24,936 nucleotides of DNA, from contig CADCWC010000218.1 of NCBI GenBank assembly GCA_902806305.1, positions 1 through 24,936 on the forward strand, given 5' to 3'. Position numbers and translations under genes: made by a program. The notes beneath the pieces were generated by a model, which saw only the letters and a program-made list of their open reading frames with translations, ran no database searches and was not told the DNA's origin. The DNA is from an uncultured Thermoleophilia bacterium (lineage in GTDB: Bacteria; Actinomycetota; Thermoleophilia; Gaiellales; F1-60-MAGs149). Shown piece after piece: positions 17,542-24,936 of this stretch. Every line of letters starts with the position of its first letter. Positions within the stretch are counted from its first letter, which is position 1.

Positions 17542-18317
17542 GCGAGCGCGCGGTCAGCTACGACGCACGCGGCCTGGCGGAGCCGAACGCGGTCGCGCCC
17601 GAGACGGCGGTCGTCGACGGCCAGACGGCCGAGCTCGACGCGGCCGACCTCTCGATCCGACAGATCAACCTGGAGCTCCGGCGCCTCGTCTACGGGCTCG
17701 GCGTGACCGACGTCGTGGTCCGCAACCCCGGCTCGAAGCACTCGCTCGGCGTGGGCATCCTGACGCGCTGCCGGATCCGCTTCGAGGGCAGCCTCGGCTA
17801 CTTCGCCTGCGGGCTGCTCGACGGGCCCGAGGTGCACATCACGGGGCGCGTGGGCTGGGCGGCGTGCGAGAACATGATGTCCGGCGTCGTGGTCATCGAG
17901 GGGAACGCCGGCTCCCAGACGGGGGCGGCGCTGCGCGGCGGCGACCTCGTGGTCAAGGGCCGCGCCGGCGCGCGCTCGGGCATCGACCAGAAGGGCGGCA
18001 CCATCATCACGATGGGCAGCGTCGGGGCGATGACGGGCTTCATGATGCAGCGCGGCCGCCAGGTCATCTGCGGCGACGCGGGCCCGGGGCTCGGCGACTC
18101 GATGTACGACGGGACGATCTACGTGGCCGGCAAGGTCAAGGCCCTCGGGATCGACTGCGTGCCCGGTGAGTGGACGGACGCCGACACCGAGTTCATCGAG
18201 CGCAAGTTCCGCATCTACGACCTCGGCTCGCCGCCGTCGTTCGACAAGTTCGTCTGCGGCAAGAAGCTCTACAACTACGACAGCCTCGAGCCGGCCGAGC
18301 GCAAGCTCGTCCTCTAG
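17529..18317 (+). CDS. mgsB: GXGXG/FmdC-like subunit (N-methylglutamate synthase subunit B, GlxC)
   Basis: GSLGYFACG, G.VGW...ENMMSG, GNAGSQTGA.LRGG, G.R.GI..KGG, MTGFMMQRG, GDSMYDG.IYV; overlaps the mgsA end by 13 nt; 262 aa. Confidence 0.87.
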   Translation: MAAVGERAVSYDARGLAEPNAVAPETAVVDGQTAELDAADLSIRQINLELRRLVYGLGVTDVVVRNPGSKHSLGVGILTRCRIRFEGSLGYFACGLLDGPEVHITGRVGWAACENMMSGVVVIEGNAGSQTGAALRGGDLVVKGRAGARSGIDQKGGTIITMGSVGAMTGFMMQRGRQVICGDAGPGLGDSMYDGTIYVAGKVKALGIDCVPGEWTDADTEFIERKFRIYDLGSPPSFDKFVCGKKLYNYDSLEPAERKLVL

Positions 18318-18331
18318 GACCGGGAGACCAC

Positions 18332-19798
18332 ATGGCGGCCACCGACGACATCCGGCAGCACCCGGACCGGGCCAACATCGACCAGCAGCGCAGCGTGCTC
18401 GGGCACTCGCAGATCTTCACGCCGGAGGTCATCGACGACATCCACGTGAAGTCGGAGCTCGGCCGCTACCGGATGCGCGGCTTCTCGATGTTCAAGAAGA
18501 TCCCGCACTGGGACGAGCTGATGTTCATGCCCGGCACGCTCACGCGCTTCGTGATCGAGGGCTACCGCGAGAAGTGCGAGACGAAGACCGTGCTCGGCGC
18601 GCGCTTCGCGAAGAACCCGCTGACGCTCGACATCCCGATCTACATCACGGGCATGAGCTTCGGCGCGCTCTCGATCGAGGCGAAGATGGCGCTCGCCAAG
18701 GGCGCCTCGATGGCCGGGACGGCGACCTGCTCGGGCGAGGGCGGCATGATCCCGCCCGAGCGCGAGCTCTCGACCAAGTGGTACTACCAGGTCATCCAGA
18801 GCCGGTACGGGTTCAACCCGCACCACCTGATGCTGGCCGACGCGGCCGAGTTCTTCATCGGCCAGGGCTGCAAGGTCGGGCTCGGCGGGCACCTGATGGG
18901 CCAGAAGGTCACGGAGCAGGTGGCCGAGATGCGCTCGCTGCCCGTCGGCATCGACCAGCGCTCGCCCGCCCGGCACCCGGACTGGCTCGGCCCGGACGAC
19001 CTGTCGCTGAAGATCCAGGAGATCCGCGAGGCGACCGACTACCGGATCCCGATCCAGCTGAAGCTCGGCGCCGCGCGCGTCTACGACGACGTGCGGATGG
19101 CGGCCAAGTGCGGCCCCGACATCATCTACCTGGACGGCGCCGAGGGCTCGACGGGCGCCGGGCCGCACACGGCGACCGAGGAGACCGGCATCCCGCTGAT
19201 GGCGGCCATCCCCGAGGCGCGGCGCGCCCTCGAGGACGTCGGCCTGGCCGACGAGATCGACCTCGTGGTGGCGGGAGGCATCCGGAACGGCGGCGACATC
19301 GCCAAGTGCATCGCGCTCGGGGCCAAGGCCGTGGCCATCGGCCACTCGGCGCTGATCGCGCTGAACTGCAACAAGGAGATCCCGGGCGTCACCGACTACG
19401 AGGGGACGATCGGGGTCAAGGCCGGGCGCTGCTACCACTGCCACACGGGCCGCTGCCCGGTCGGCGTGACGACGCAGGATCCGGAGCTGCGGGCCCGCCT
19501 GGAGGTCGACGCCGCCGCCGAGCGGGTCTACAACTTCCTGCACGCGATGACGCTCGAGCTCCAGATGCTGGCCCGGGCCTGCGGCAAGACGGACGTGCAC
19601 AGCCTCGAGCCCGAGGACCTCTGCGCACTGACCGTCGAGGCCTCGGCGATGGCCAAGGTGCCGCTCGCGGGCACGACCTACATCCCGGGCGTGACCGAGC
19701 AGCGCACGCTCGACGAGATCAAGGGCCTCGTGCAGGGCCTCGTGCCCCAGCCGCACGGCGAGTCCGACCGCGAGTTCGTGCGACCGGCGGCCGACTGA
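18332..19798 (+). CDS. mgsC: FMN-binding glutamate synthase family subunit (N-methylglutamate synthase subunit C, GlxD)
   Basis: ITGMSFGALS, SGEGGM, SRYGF, IGQGCKVGLGGHL.G.KV, SPARHPD, DG.EG.TGA, GGIRNG.D.AK..ALGA, CYHCHTGRCP.G..TQD ([3Fe-4S] motif); 488 aa. Confidence 0.9.
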   Translation: MAATDDIRQHPDRANIDQQRSVLGHSQIFTPEVIDDIHVKSELGRYRMRGFSMFKKIPHWDELMFMPGTLTRFVIEGYREKCETKTVLGARFAKNPLTLDIPIYITGMSFGALSIEAKMALAKGASMAGTATCSGEGGMIPPERELSTKWYYQVIQSRYGFNPHHLMLADAAEFFIGQGCKVGLGGHLMGQKVTEQVAEMRSLPVGIDQRSPARHPDWLGPDDLSLKIQEIREATDYRIPIQLKLGAARVYDDVRMAAKCGPDIIYLDGAEGSTGAGPHTATEETGIPLMAAIPEARRALEDVGLADEIDLVVAGGIRNGGDIAKCIALGAKAVAIGHSALIALNCNKEIPGVTDYEGTIGVKAGRCYHCHTGRCPVGVTTQDPELRARLEVDAAAERVYNFLHAMTLELQMLARACGKTDVHSLEPEDLCALTVEASAMAKVPLAGTTYIPGVTEQRTLDEIKGLVQGLVPQPHGESDREFVRPAAD

Positions 19799-20361
19799 TG
19801 GCCCCCGACGAGCACATCCTGAACGACCCGGACCAGATGCACCACGACCCGCACGCGGGCGGTCACGCCACGGCCGAGGGCGGCCCGGGCGGCGACGAGC
19901 AGCACGCGCAGAGCGTGACGGGGCACCACCCCGAGCGCGCGCAGTGGACGATGGGCACCTCGATCGACTCGGAGGCGCTCTGGGGCCGACGGTTCCCGTA
20001 CCAGGAGGACCTGTCCCTGGTCGAGGACGTCGACCTGGTGGCGGCGACGCCCGGGGCCGACATCAACTGGCTCGAGGACGTCGACCTCCTCCAGGAGGAG
20101 GGCATCCCGGCCGTCTTCGACCGCTACTCCAACTGCTTCCTCAAGATCCACTTCCCGATCCCGGCGGGGCGCGAGAACGAGATCGCCCGCAAGGTCCTGA
20201 TCAAGCACCTGCAGTCGGGCAACTCCTACGGGATCCGGATGAAGGAGAAGCACGCCAAGTTCGCGCAGCCGGAGCTCGGGCCGTGGGTGGCGAACTCGCG
20301 GACGGTGGGGGAGAACTACACCCCGCCGGTGCTCGAGGGCTGGGAGCCGCCCGTCCACTGA
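19798..20361 (+). CDS. Hypothetical protein with His-rich N-terminus, translationally coupled to mgsC
   Basis: TGATG overlap at 19796-19800; GC3-rich codons; followed by a terminator hairpin; 187 aa; no family recognised. Confidence 0.8.
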   Translation: MAPDEHILNDPDQMHHDPHAGGHATAEGGPGGDEQHAQSVTGHHPERAQWTMGTSIDSEALWGRRFPYQEDLSLVEDVDLVAATPGADINWLEDVDLLQEEGIPAVFDRYSNCFLKIHFPIPAGRENEIARKVLIKHLQSGNSYGIRMKEKHAKFAQPELGPWVANSRTVGENYTPPVLEGWEPPVH

Positions 20362-20370
20362 CCGCCGTGT

Positions 20371-20399
20371 GACCGGCGCCCGTGGGGCGGGCGCCGGTC
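20371..20399 (+). terminator. Terminator hairpin ending the mgsABC-orf187 unit
   Basis: GACCGGCGCCCG / CGGGCGCCGGTC 12-bp stem, 5-nt loop, 9 nt after the stop. Confidence 0.7.
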
Positions 20400-20637
20400 G
20401 CGCGTCACCACCTCGGCGGTACGGTGCCGGCATGGGCGCGGCGAAGCCGGCGGTGGCGTTGCGGGGCGGCCGCGTCGTGCGGTACGCGCGGCACGACGAT
20501 CTCCGCACGGCCCTGGACGCGGCACGACTCGCGTGGCCGACGAGGTCCGGGTCGAAGGACGGTCCGGCGCCGCCGGCCTGCACGCCTGACGGTCGTCCGG
20601 ATCGTCGACGTCGTCTCCGACCTGGGGCGGTAGCGGC

Positions 20638-21414
20638 TCAGGCCCCGAGCGCCCGCGAGACCTCGCGGCCGGCCTGGACCAGCGCGGGCCGGGCGACGTC
20701 CATCGCGTCCGGCGTGAAGCGGGCGGCGGGCCCCTGCAGCCCGAGGACGGCCGCCAGGTCGCCGCGCGCGTCGAGGACGGGGACGGCCACCGCGTTGAGG
20801 TCCGGCTCGCGCTCGCCGACGGCGCGGGCCACGCCCTCGAGCCGGATCCGTTCGACCTCCCGCCGCAGCGCCGCCGGGTCGGTGATCGTCCGGGACGTGT
20901 AGCCCGTCAACGGGCCGTCCGGGTCCGCCACGACCCCGTCACGACCGAACGCGAGCATGACCTTGCCGACGGCCGTGGCGTGCGCCACGCTCGGTCGGCC
21001 GACGCGGGCCACGGAGATCACCGTCCCGGCCCGGCCGGGCACGAAGTCGGCGGTCACGGCCTCGTCGCCCGCGGGCAGGGACAGCGTGGCCGTCTCGCCG
21101 TGGCGGTCGACGAGGTCCTCGAGGAACGGCCGCGCCAGCGCGCGGACGTCCAGACGGGCCAGGACGGCGTTCGCGAGCTGCAGCACGCGCGCGCCGAGAC
21201 GGTAGCGGCCGCTGTCCGGCAGGTGCTCCACGTAGCCCGCCGCGGTCAGCGTGGCCAGGACGCGCGACACGGTGGCGGCGTTGATCGCGGTGCGGCGGCT
21301 GATCTCCGAGGTGCCGAGCTCCCCGCCGGGAGCGGCGCCGAGGGTGTCCAGGACCTGCGTCGCCCGTGCGACCGCCGCCAGTGTCCGAACGGCCGGGACT
21401 CCCGTCCGGCCCAC
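20638..21414 (-). CDS. IclR-family transcriptional regulator
   Basis: LAAVARATQVLD.L...G.SEISRRT.IN.ATVSRVL.TL...GYV, AHATAVGKVMLA, AVAVPV; 258 aa. Confidence 0.93.
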   Translation of the reverse strand: MGRTGVPAVRTLAAVARATQVLDTLGAAPGGELGTSEISRRTAINAATVSRVLATLTAAGYVEHLPDSGRYRLGARVLQLANAVLARLDVRALARPFLEDLVDRHGETATLSLPAGDEAVTADFVPGRAGTVISVARVGRPSVAHATAVGKVMLAFGRDGVVADPDGPLTGYTSRTITDPAALRREVERIRLEGVARAVGEREPDLNAVAVPVLDARGDLAAVLGLQGPAARFTPDAMDVARPALVQAGREVSRALGA

Positions 21415-21508
21415 GTCAGGCGCCCCGACGGACGGTGGTACGCTGGCGGCCGGTCGTGCCGTCCGAACCCCGAGGGAGCGCCGTCCTGCCCGTACCGATC
21501 ACTGCCGC

Positions 21509-23308
21509 ATGAGCGCCGCCCCCCGCCCGTTCGACGTCCCGGTCGCCGTCCCCGCGCCGGACGTCGAGCTGCTCCATGACGTGGTGCGCGCGGTCTCGTC
21601 GAGCCTCGAGCTGCCGGTCGTGCTGAGCTCCGTCGTCGAGCTCGTCACGCGCGCCGTCGGGTGCCACGCCTGCTACGTCTTCCTCGCCGACCAGAGCGGC
21701 CGGATGGTGCTCGAGGCGTGCAGCTCCGAGCGCTACGCCGACTCCGTCGGCAAGGTGGTGCTCGAGCCGGGCGAGGGCCTCGCCGGGTGGGTGGCGCGCC
21801 GCCGGATGCCCGTCTTCATCGCCGAGGATGCGCTCGCCGACCCGCGCGTCCGGATCCTCGACCAGTTCGAGGAGCACAAGTACCAGTCGCTCGTCTCGCT
21901 GCCGCTGATCGGCAAGGGCGGCGAGGTCTTCGGCGTCATCGCCGCCCACGGCGCCGCGCCGCGCGAGTTCACCGCCGCGGAGCAGCGCTTCCTGCTCTCG
22001 AGCGCCGCCCTGGCCGCCGGGGCGATCGAGAACGCCCGGCTGTACGGCGAGACCTCGCGGCGCGTGGACGTCCTGGAGCGCCTCGTGCAGCTGTCGCGCA
22101 GCATCGCCGAGGGCGAGACGATCGACGTGCTGCTCCGCGACGTCTGCTCGCGCCTCCTGCCTCTTCTCGGCGCGGCGTCGTGTCGGCTCTTCCTGCGCGA
22201 CGACGACCACGCCCGGCTGCGGCTGCGCGCCTACGCGCCGCCGGGCAGCTGCGACGGCGGTGTGACGTCGATCGGCATCGAGGACGTCGGAGCGGCGGTC
22301 GGGCCCGACCGGCACGGCGTCGAACGCGTCGCGCGCCTGCTCGGCGACGAGACGGCCCAGGCGGCCGAGTGGCTCTTCCAGCCGCTGCTCGTCTCGGGTG
22401 AACTGCTCGGCCTGCTCGCCGTCCGCGGTCGTGGCGGCCGGCGCTTCGGGTCCGAGGACCGCGACCTCGCGGCGACCGCGATGGCCCAGGCCGCCGTCGC
22501 GGTCGAGAAGATCCGGCTGCTCGAACGGCTCGAGGAGCGGAACCTGATCAAGGACTTCTTCGACGACCTCGCCGCCGGTGACAGCGCGGCGGCCCGCGGC
22601 CGGGAACGGCGACTGAGCTGCGATCTGGCCACGCCGCGGGTCGTCCTGATCGCGACCCGCTACGGACCACACGCGGCCGGCGCGGACGAGAGCGGCTGGG
22701 CCGCCGCCCTCGAAGCCCGCCTCGCCGTGCGCTTCCCGGCCGCGCTCTTCGACCGCAGCGAGCACGGCCTCCGCGCGCTGCTCCCGGTCACGCCCGCGTC
22801 CGAGGCGGAGGCGCGGGCCTGGGTGCGGGAGGCGCACGCCGCCGTGTCGTCCGAGGACCTGCCGGTCGCGGTCGGCCTGTCCGAGGTCTGTACCGGCCGA
22901 CCGGGCTACGTGGCGGGCTTCGAGGAGGCGAACCTCGCCCTCTCGGCGGCCGCCGTCCTGCACGGCAGGCCGTCCGTCATGGGGTTCGACGAGCTCGGCC
23001 CGTACAAGTACCTGCTGCGGCTGCCGCGCGGCACGCGCGATCGCCACTGCGACCGGCTGCGTCCGCTGCTCGAGTACGACCGGGACCACGGGTCGCAGCT
23101 CTTCCTGACCCTCGAGGAGTACTTCCGGCGCCGCGGCCGCGTGGCCGCCACGGCGGCGAGCCTCTACATCCACCCGAACACGCTCCGCCAACGCCTGGGC
23201 CGGATCGCCGCGCTCACCGGTCTCGACGTCGAGCGCGAGGACCCGCTCACGCTCGAGCTCGCCATGAAGCTCGTGCGCCTCGAGGACTCCGTCACCCGCG
23301 GCACCTGA
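21509..23308 (+). CDS. GAF-GAF-PucR/CdaR-type transcriptional regulator
   Basis: Two GAF-like segments (GEGLAGWVA...PVFI..DA..DPR; SL..LPL..GV) plus C-terminal L..TLE.Y....G.V..TA..LYIHPNTLRQRL.RI..LTG HTH; start trimmed to MSAAPRPF; 599 aa. Confidence 0.9.
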   Translation: MSAAPRPFDVPVAVPAPDVELLHDVVRAVSSSLELPVVLSSVVELVTRAVGCHACYVFLADQSGRMVLEACSSERYADSVGKVVLEPGEGLAGWVARRRMPVFIAEDALADPRVRILDQFEEHKYQSLVSLPLIGKGGEVFGVIAAHGAAPREFTAAEQRFLLSSAALAAGAIENARLYGETSRRVDVLERLVQLSRSIAEGETIDVLLRDVCSRLLPLLGAASCRLFLRDDDHARLRLRAYAPPGSCDGGVTSIGIEDVGAAVGPDRHGVERVARLLGDETAQAAEWLFQPLLVSGELLGLLAVRGRGGRRFGSEDRDLAATAMAQAAVAVEKIRLLERLEERNLIKDFFDDLAAGDSAAARGRERRLSCDLATPRVVLIATRYGPHAAGADESGWAAALEARLAVRFPAALFDRSEHGLRALLPVTPASEAEARAWVREAHAAVSSEDLPVAVGLSEVCTGRPGYVAGFEEANLALSAAAVLHGRPSVMGFDELGPYKYLLRLPRGTRDRHCDRLRPLLEYDRDHGSQLFLTLEEYFRRRGRVAATAASLYIHPNTLRQRLGRIAALTGLDVEREDPLTLELAMKLVRLEDSVTRGT

Positions 23309-23337
23309 GCGCTCCTCCGCCCGCATCGGCGCCGCGG

Positions 23338-24648
23338 TCAGCTCCAGGGGTAGGGGCTGTGCGAGACCGGGTGCAGGTCGCCGGTCGCGAAGCGCTCGTA
23401 GCGGAACGGGTAGAGCAGCGACGAGTGCTCGCCGAGCAGCACGCGGGCGACCTCCCGTCCGACGCCGATCATCTTGTAGCCGTGGTTCGAGTCGGCGATC
23501 ACGTAGACGTTCGGGCGCATCTCGTCGAAGACCGGGAAGTTGTCGACCGTGAACGCCCCGACACCGCCCGACCGGACGGTCTTGTAGGCCGAGCGCATCC
23601 CCGAGAAGCGCTCCATGCAGTGCGAGAGCGCCGCGACCCACATGTCGGCGAAGCCCGGCTCCACGGAGGAGCTCGGGTACGGGTCGACCTGGAAGTCGTG
23701 TCCCTTCGGGAGCGGTGACGCGCCGCCCTGCACGCCGTGGCGGTCCCGCTTGAAGTAGATGCCCCACAGCTCGTCCGTGATCAGCCGGCCGTCGTCGTCG
23801 TGGAGCGGCGCATCGGAGTCGACGTGGATCACCGGCGGGATCCCGCCCTCGGCGGTGGCGAACAGCGACGGGTCCATCGTGATCTCGCCCTCCTGGAGGT
23901 ACCAGAAGGTCCACATCTCGCGGTCGCGGTGCACCTCGCCCTCGGGTGTGCGCACGTCGAGGCGCTGCGGCAGCCCGAGCATCCCCCAGATCTCCTTGAC
24001 CCACGGTCCGGCGCCCACGACCACCTGCTCGACCTGGATCGAGCCGCCGTCGGTCTCGACCGTCGTGACGGCACCGGAGTTGTCGAGCTCGAACCCGGTC
24101 ACCCGGACGCCCTCGAGGATCTGGACGCCCTCGCCGCGGGCCTTCCCGGCCAGCCCCTGGATGGCGTCGACGTTGTAGGCGAACCCGCCCTTGTGCTCGT
24201 GCAGGCAGACCGTCACGCCGCGGCCGCGCCAGTCCGGGTAGAGGCCCCGCATGTAGTCGCGGACCTCGCGCTCGCCCACGATCAGGTCCGAGGGGTAGCC
24301 GATGCGCTGCTGCCGCTCGTGCACCTCGATCAGGTCCTGCTCCTGGACCTGCGGGCCGAGCGCCATGTAGCCCACGCTGTTGTAGGCGTACGCCGCCGGG
24401 TCCTCCTCCCAGACCTCGACGTTGGCGGCCATCAGCTCGGCCATCGCGGGCTGGTAGTAGTTGTTGCGGACGACGCCGCACGCGATCCCCGAGGCCCCCG
24501 CGGCCACGCCGGTCTTGTCCACGACCAGGATGTCCTCGCCGCCGCCCTGGCCGCGGGCCTTCAGCTCCTTGGCCAGGTGGTAGGCCGTGGAGAGGCCGTG
24601 GACGCCCGCGCCGATGACGAGGTAGCGCGTGGACTTGGGGACCTGCAT
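23338..24648 (-). CDS. FAD-dependent oxidoreductase, DAO/sarcosine oxidase beta (SoxB/MgdA)-like
   Basis: YLVIGAGVHGLSTAYHLA, VVDK....GASG.ACGVVR.NY, VTG, VVVGAGPW, T.DNFPVFD, GYK...VG; GGAGG RBS 8 nt before ATG 24648; 436 aa. Confidence 0.88.
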   Translation of the reverse strand: MQVPKSTRYLVIGAGVHGLSTAYHLAKELKARGQGGGEDILVVDKTGVAAGASGIACGVVRNNYYQPAMAELMAANVEVWEEDPAAYAYNSVGYMALGPQVQEQDLIEVHERQQRIGYPSDLIVGEREVRDYMRGLYPDWRGRGVTVCLHEHKGGFAYNVDAIQGLAGKARGEGVQILEGVRVTGFELDNSGAVTTVETDGGSIQVEQVVVGAGPWVKEIWGMLGLPQRLDVRTPEGEVHRDREMWTFWYLQEGEITMDPSLFATAEGGIPPVIHVDSDAPLHDDDGRLITDELWGIYFKRDRHGVQGGASPLPKGHDFQVDPYPSSSVEPGFADMWVAALSHCMERFSGMRSAYKTVRSGGVGAFTVDNFPVFDEMRPNVYVIADSNHGYKMIGVGREVARVLLGEHSSLLYPFRYERFATGDLHPVSHSPYPWS

Positions 24649-24667
24649 GGTGTCGACCTCCGGCCGT

Positions 24668-24695
24668 ATTGCCATGACGGCAATCGTGTTGCCAT
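24668..24695. promoter_or_regulatory. Candidate operator: ATTGCC-N5-GGCAAT inverted repeat plus second TTGCCAT half-site
   Basis: Perfect inverted repeat at 24668-24684; TTGCCAT direct repeat at 24669 and 24689 (20-bp period); AT-enriched, just upstream of the oxidoreductase RBS. Confidence 0.55.
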
Positions 24696-24711
24696 ACGTT
24701 GTAGGTGGAGA

Positions 24712-24936
24712 CTAGACGGCGGGCGGGTCCGACGCAAGCGCCGGGCTCCGAGGCGAACGCCGGCCCACACCGCCCGGCCGCGGCCAGGCGGCGCTCGCCG
24801 TCGGGCGCGAGCTGACGAGCCGGAACCAGCCGGTGCGTCGGCGTCGGGCCGACAGGTCATGCTCGCGCAGGACGCCACGGAGACGGGCCACCGTCAGGAC
24901 GACCGGGTCGACGAGCTCGAGCCGTCCGCCGGCCGC
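24712..24936 (-). CDS. Possible C-terminal fragment of a hypothetical protein entering from the right edge
   Basis: Open frame AAGGRLELVDPVVLTVARLRGVLREHDLSARRRRTGWFRLV...* ending at TAG 24714-24712; GC3-rich in its first half. Confidence 0.3.
   Translation of the reverse strand, partial: AAGGRLELVDPVVLTVARLRGVLREHDLSARRRRTGWFRLVSSRPTASAAWPRPGGVGRRSPRSPALASDPPAV

Noticed and set aside
18166-19797. Apparent 731-aa ORF ending at 20361
   Set aside because: The 5' part is an off-frame reading of mgsB/mgsC; only 19798-20361 is protein-like.
16618-19798. Split canonical glutamate synthase (gltB) with glnA
   Set aside because: No gltD; subunit order, sizes and the linked DHED-type GS fit glxBCD/mgsABC better. 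Function is still inferred, not shown.
21416-24481. 1021-aa minus-strand ORF and other long track ORFs (e.g. 9597-11567, 7122-8675, 14881-16482, 13611-15062, 18314-19756)
   Set aside because: Arg/Gly/Pro-rich shadow frames overlapping well-supported genes; expected from stop-codon scarcity at this GC content.
24561-24878. 105-aa minus-strand ORF upstream of the FAD oxidoreductase
   Set aside because: Low-complexity, spans the promoter/operator and overlaps the oxidoreductase start out of frame.
1-24936. CRISPR arrays, tRNA/rRNA, transposases, integrases
   Set aside because: No regularly spaced direct repeats, cloverleaf signatures or mobile-element motifs were seen.

Overview
Very GC-rich bacterial DNA (roughly 70-75% GC by eye). 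The TANNNT-type promoters, possibly leaderless starts and gene set suggest a high-GC Actinomycetota (e.g. Thermoleophilia) or Chloroflexota genome; the taxon cannot be fixed from sequence alone. The window holds about 23 genes or gene fragments and no rRNA, tRNA, CRISPR array or transposase. Left part (1-9200): glgA-glgC followed by a cyclodeaminase/cyclohydrolase-family gene running off the edge; an NAD-dependent epimerase; an IclR regulator divergent from an amidohydrolase-fold putative dinuclear oxygenase + Rieske ferredoxin + small nucleotidyltransferase; a cyclooxygenase-like heme peroxidase broken by one in-frame TAA; and a DUF1428 protein. Right part (9200-24700): a probable methylated-amine catabolic island. 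Its core is gmaS-mgsABC (N-methylglutamate pathway). It also has an unknown 187-aa gene translationally coupled to mgsC, a stand-alone SoxB/MgdA-like FAD oxidoreductase with no partner subunits, an acyl-CoA-dehydrogenase-fold protein apparently lacking the catalytic Glu, a flavin reductase, an APC permease, an amidohydrolase, and IclR and GAF-GAF-PucR regulators. The best candidates for undescribed biology are this non-canonical N-methylglutamate island and the single-subunit amidohydrolase-fold oxygenase/Rieske module. All family calls rest on motif recognition by eye; no database searches were run.
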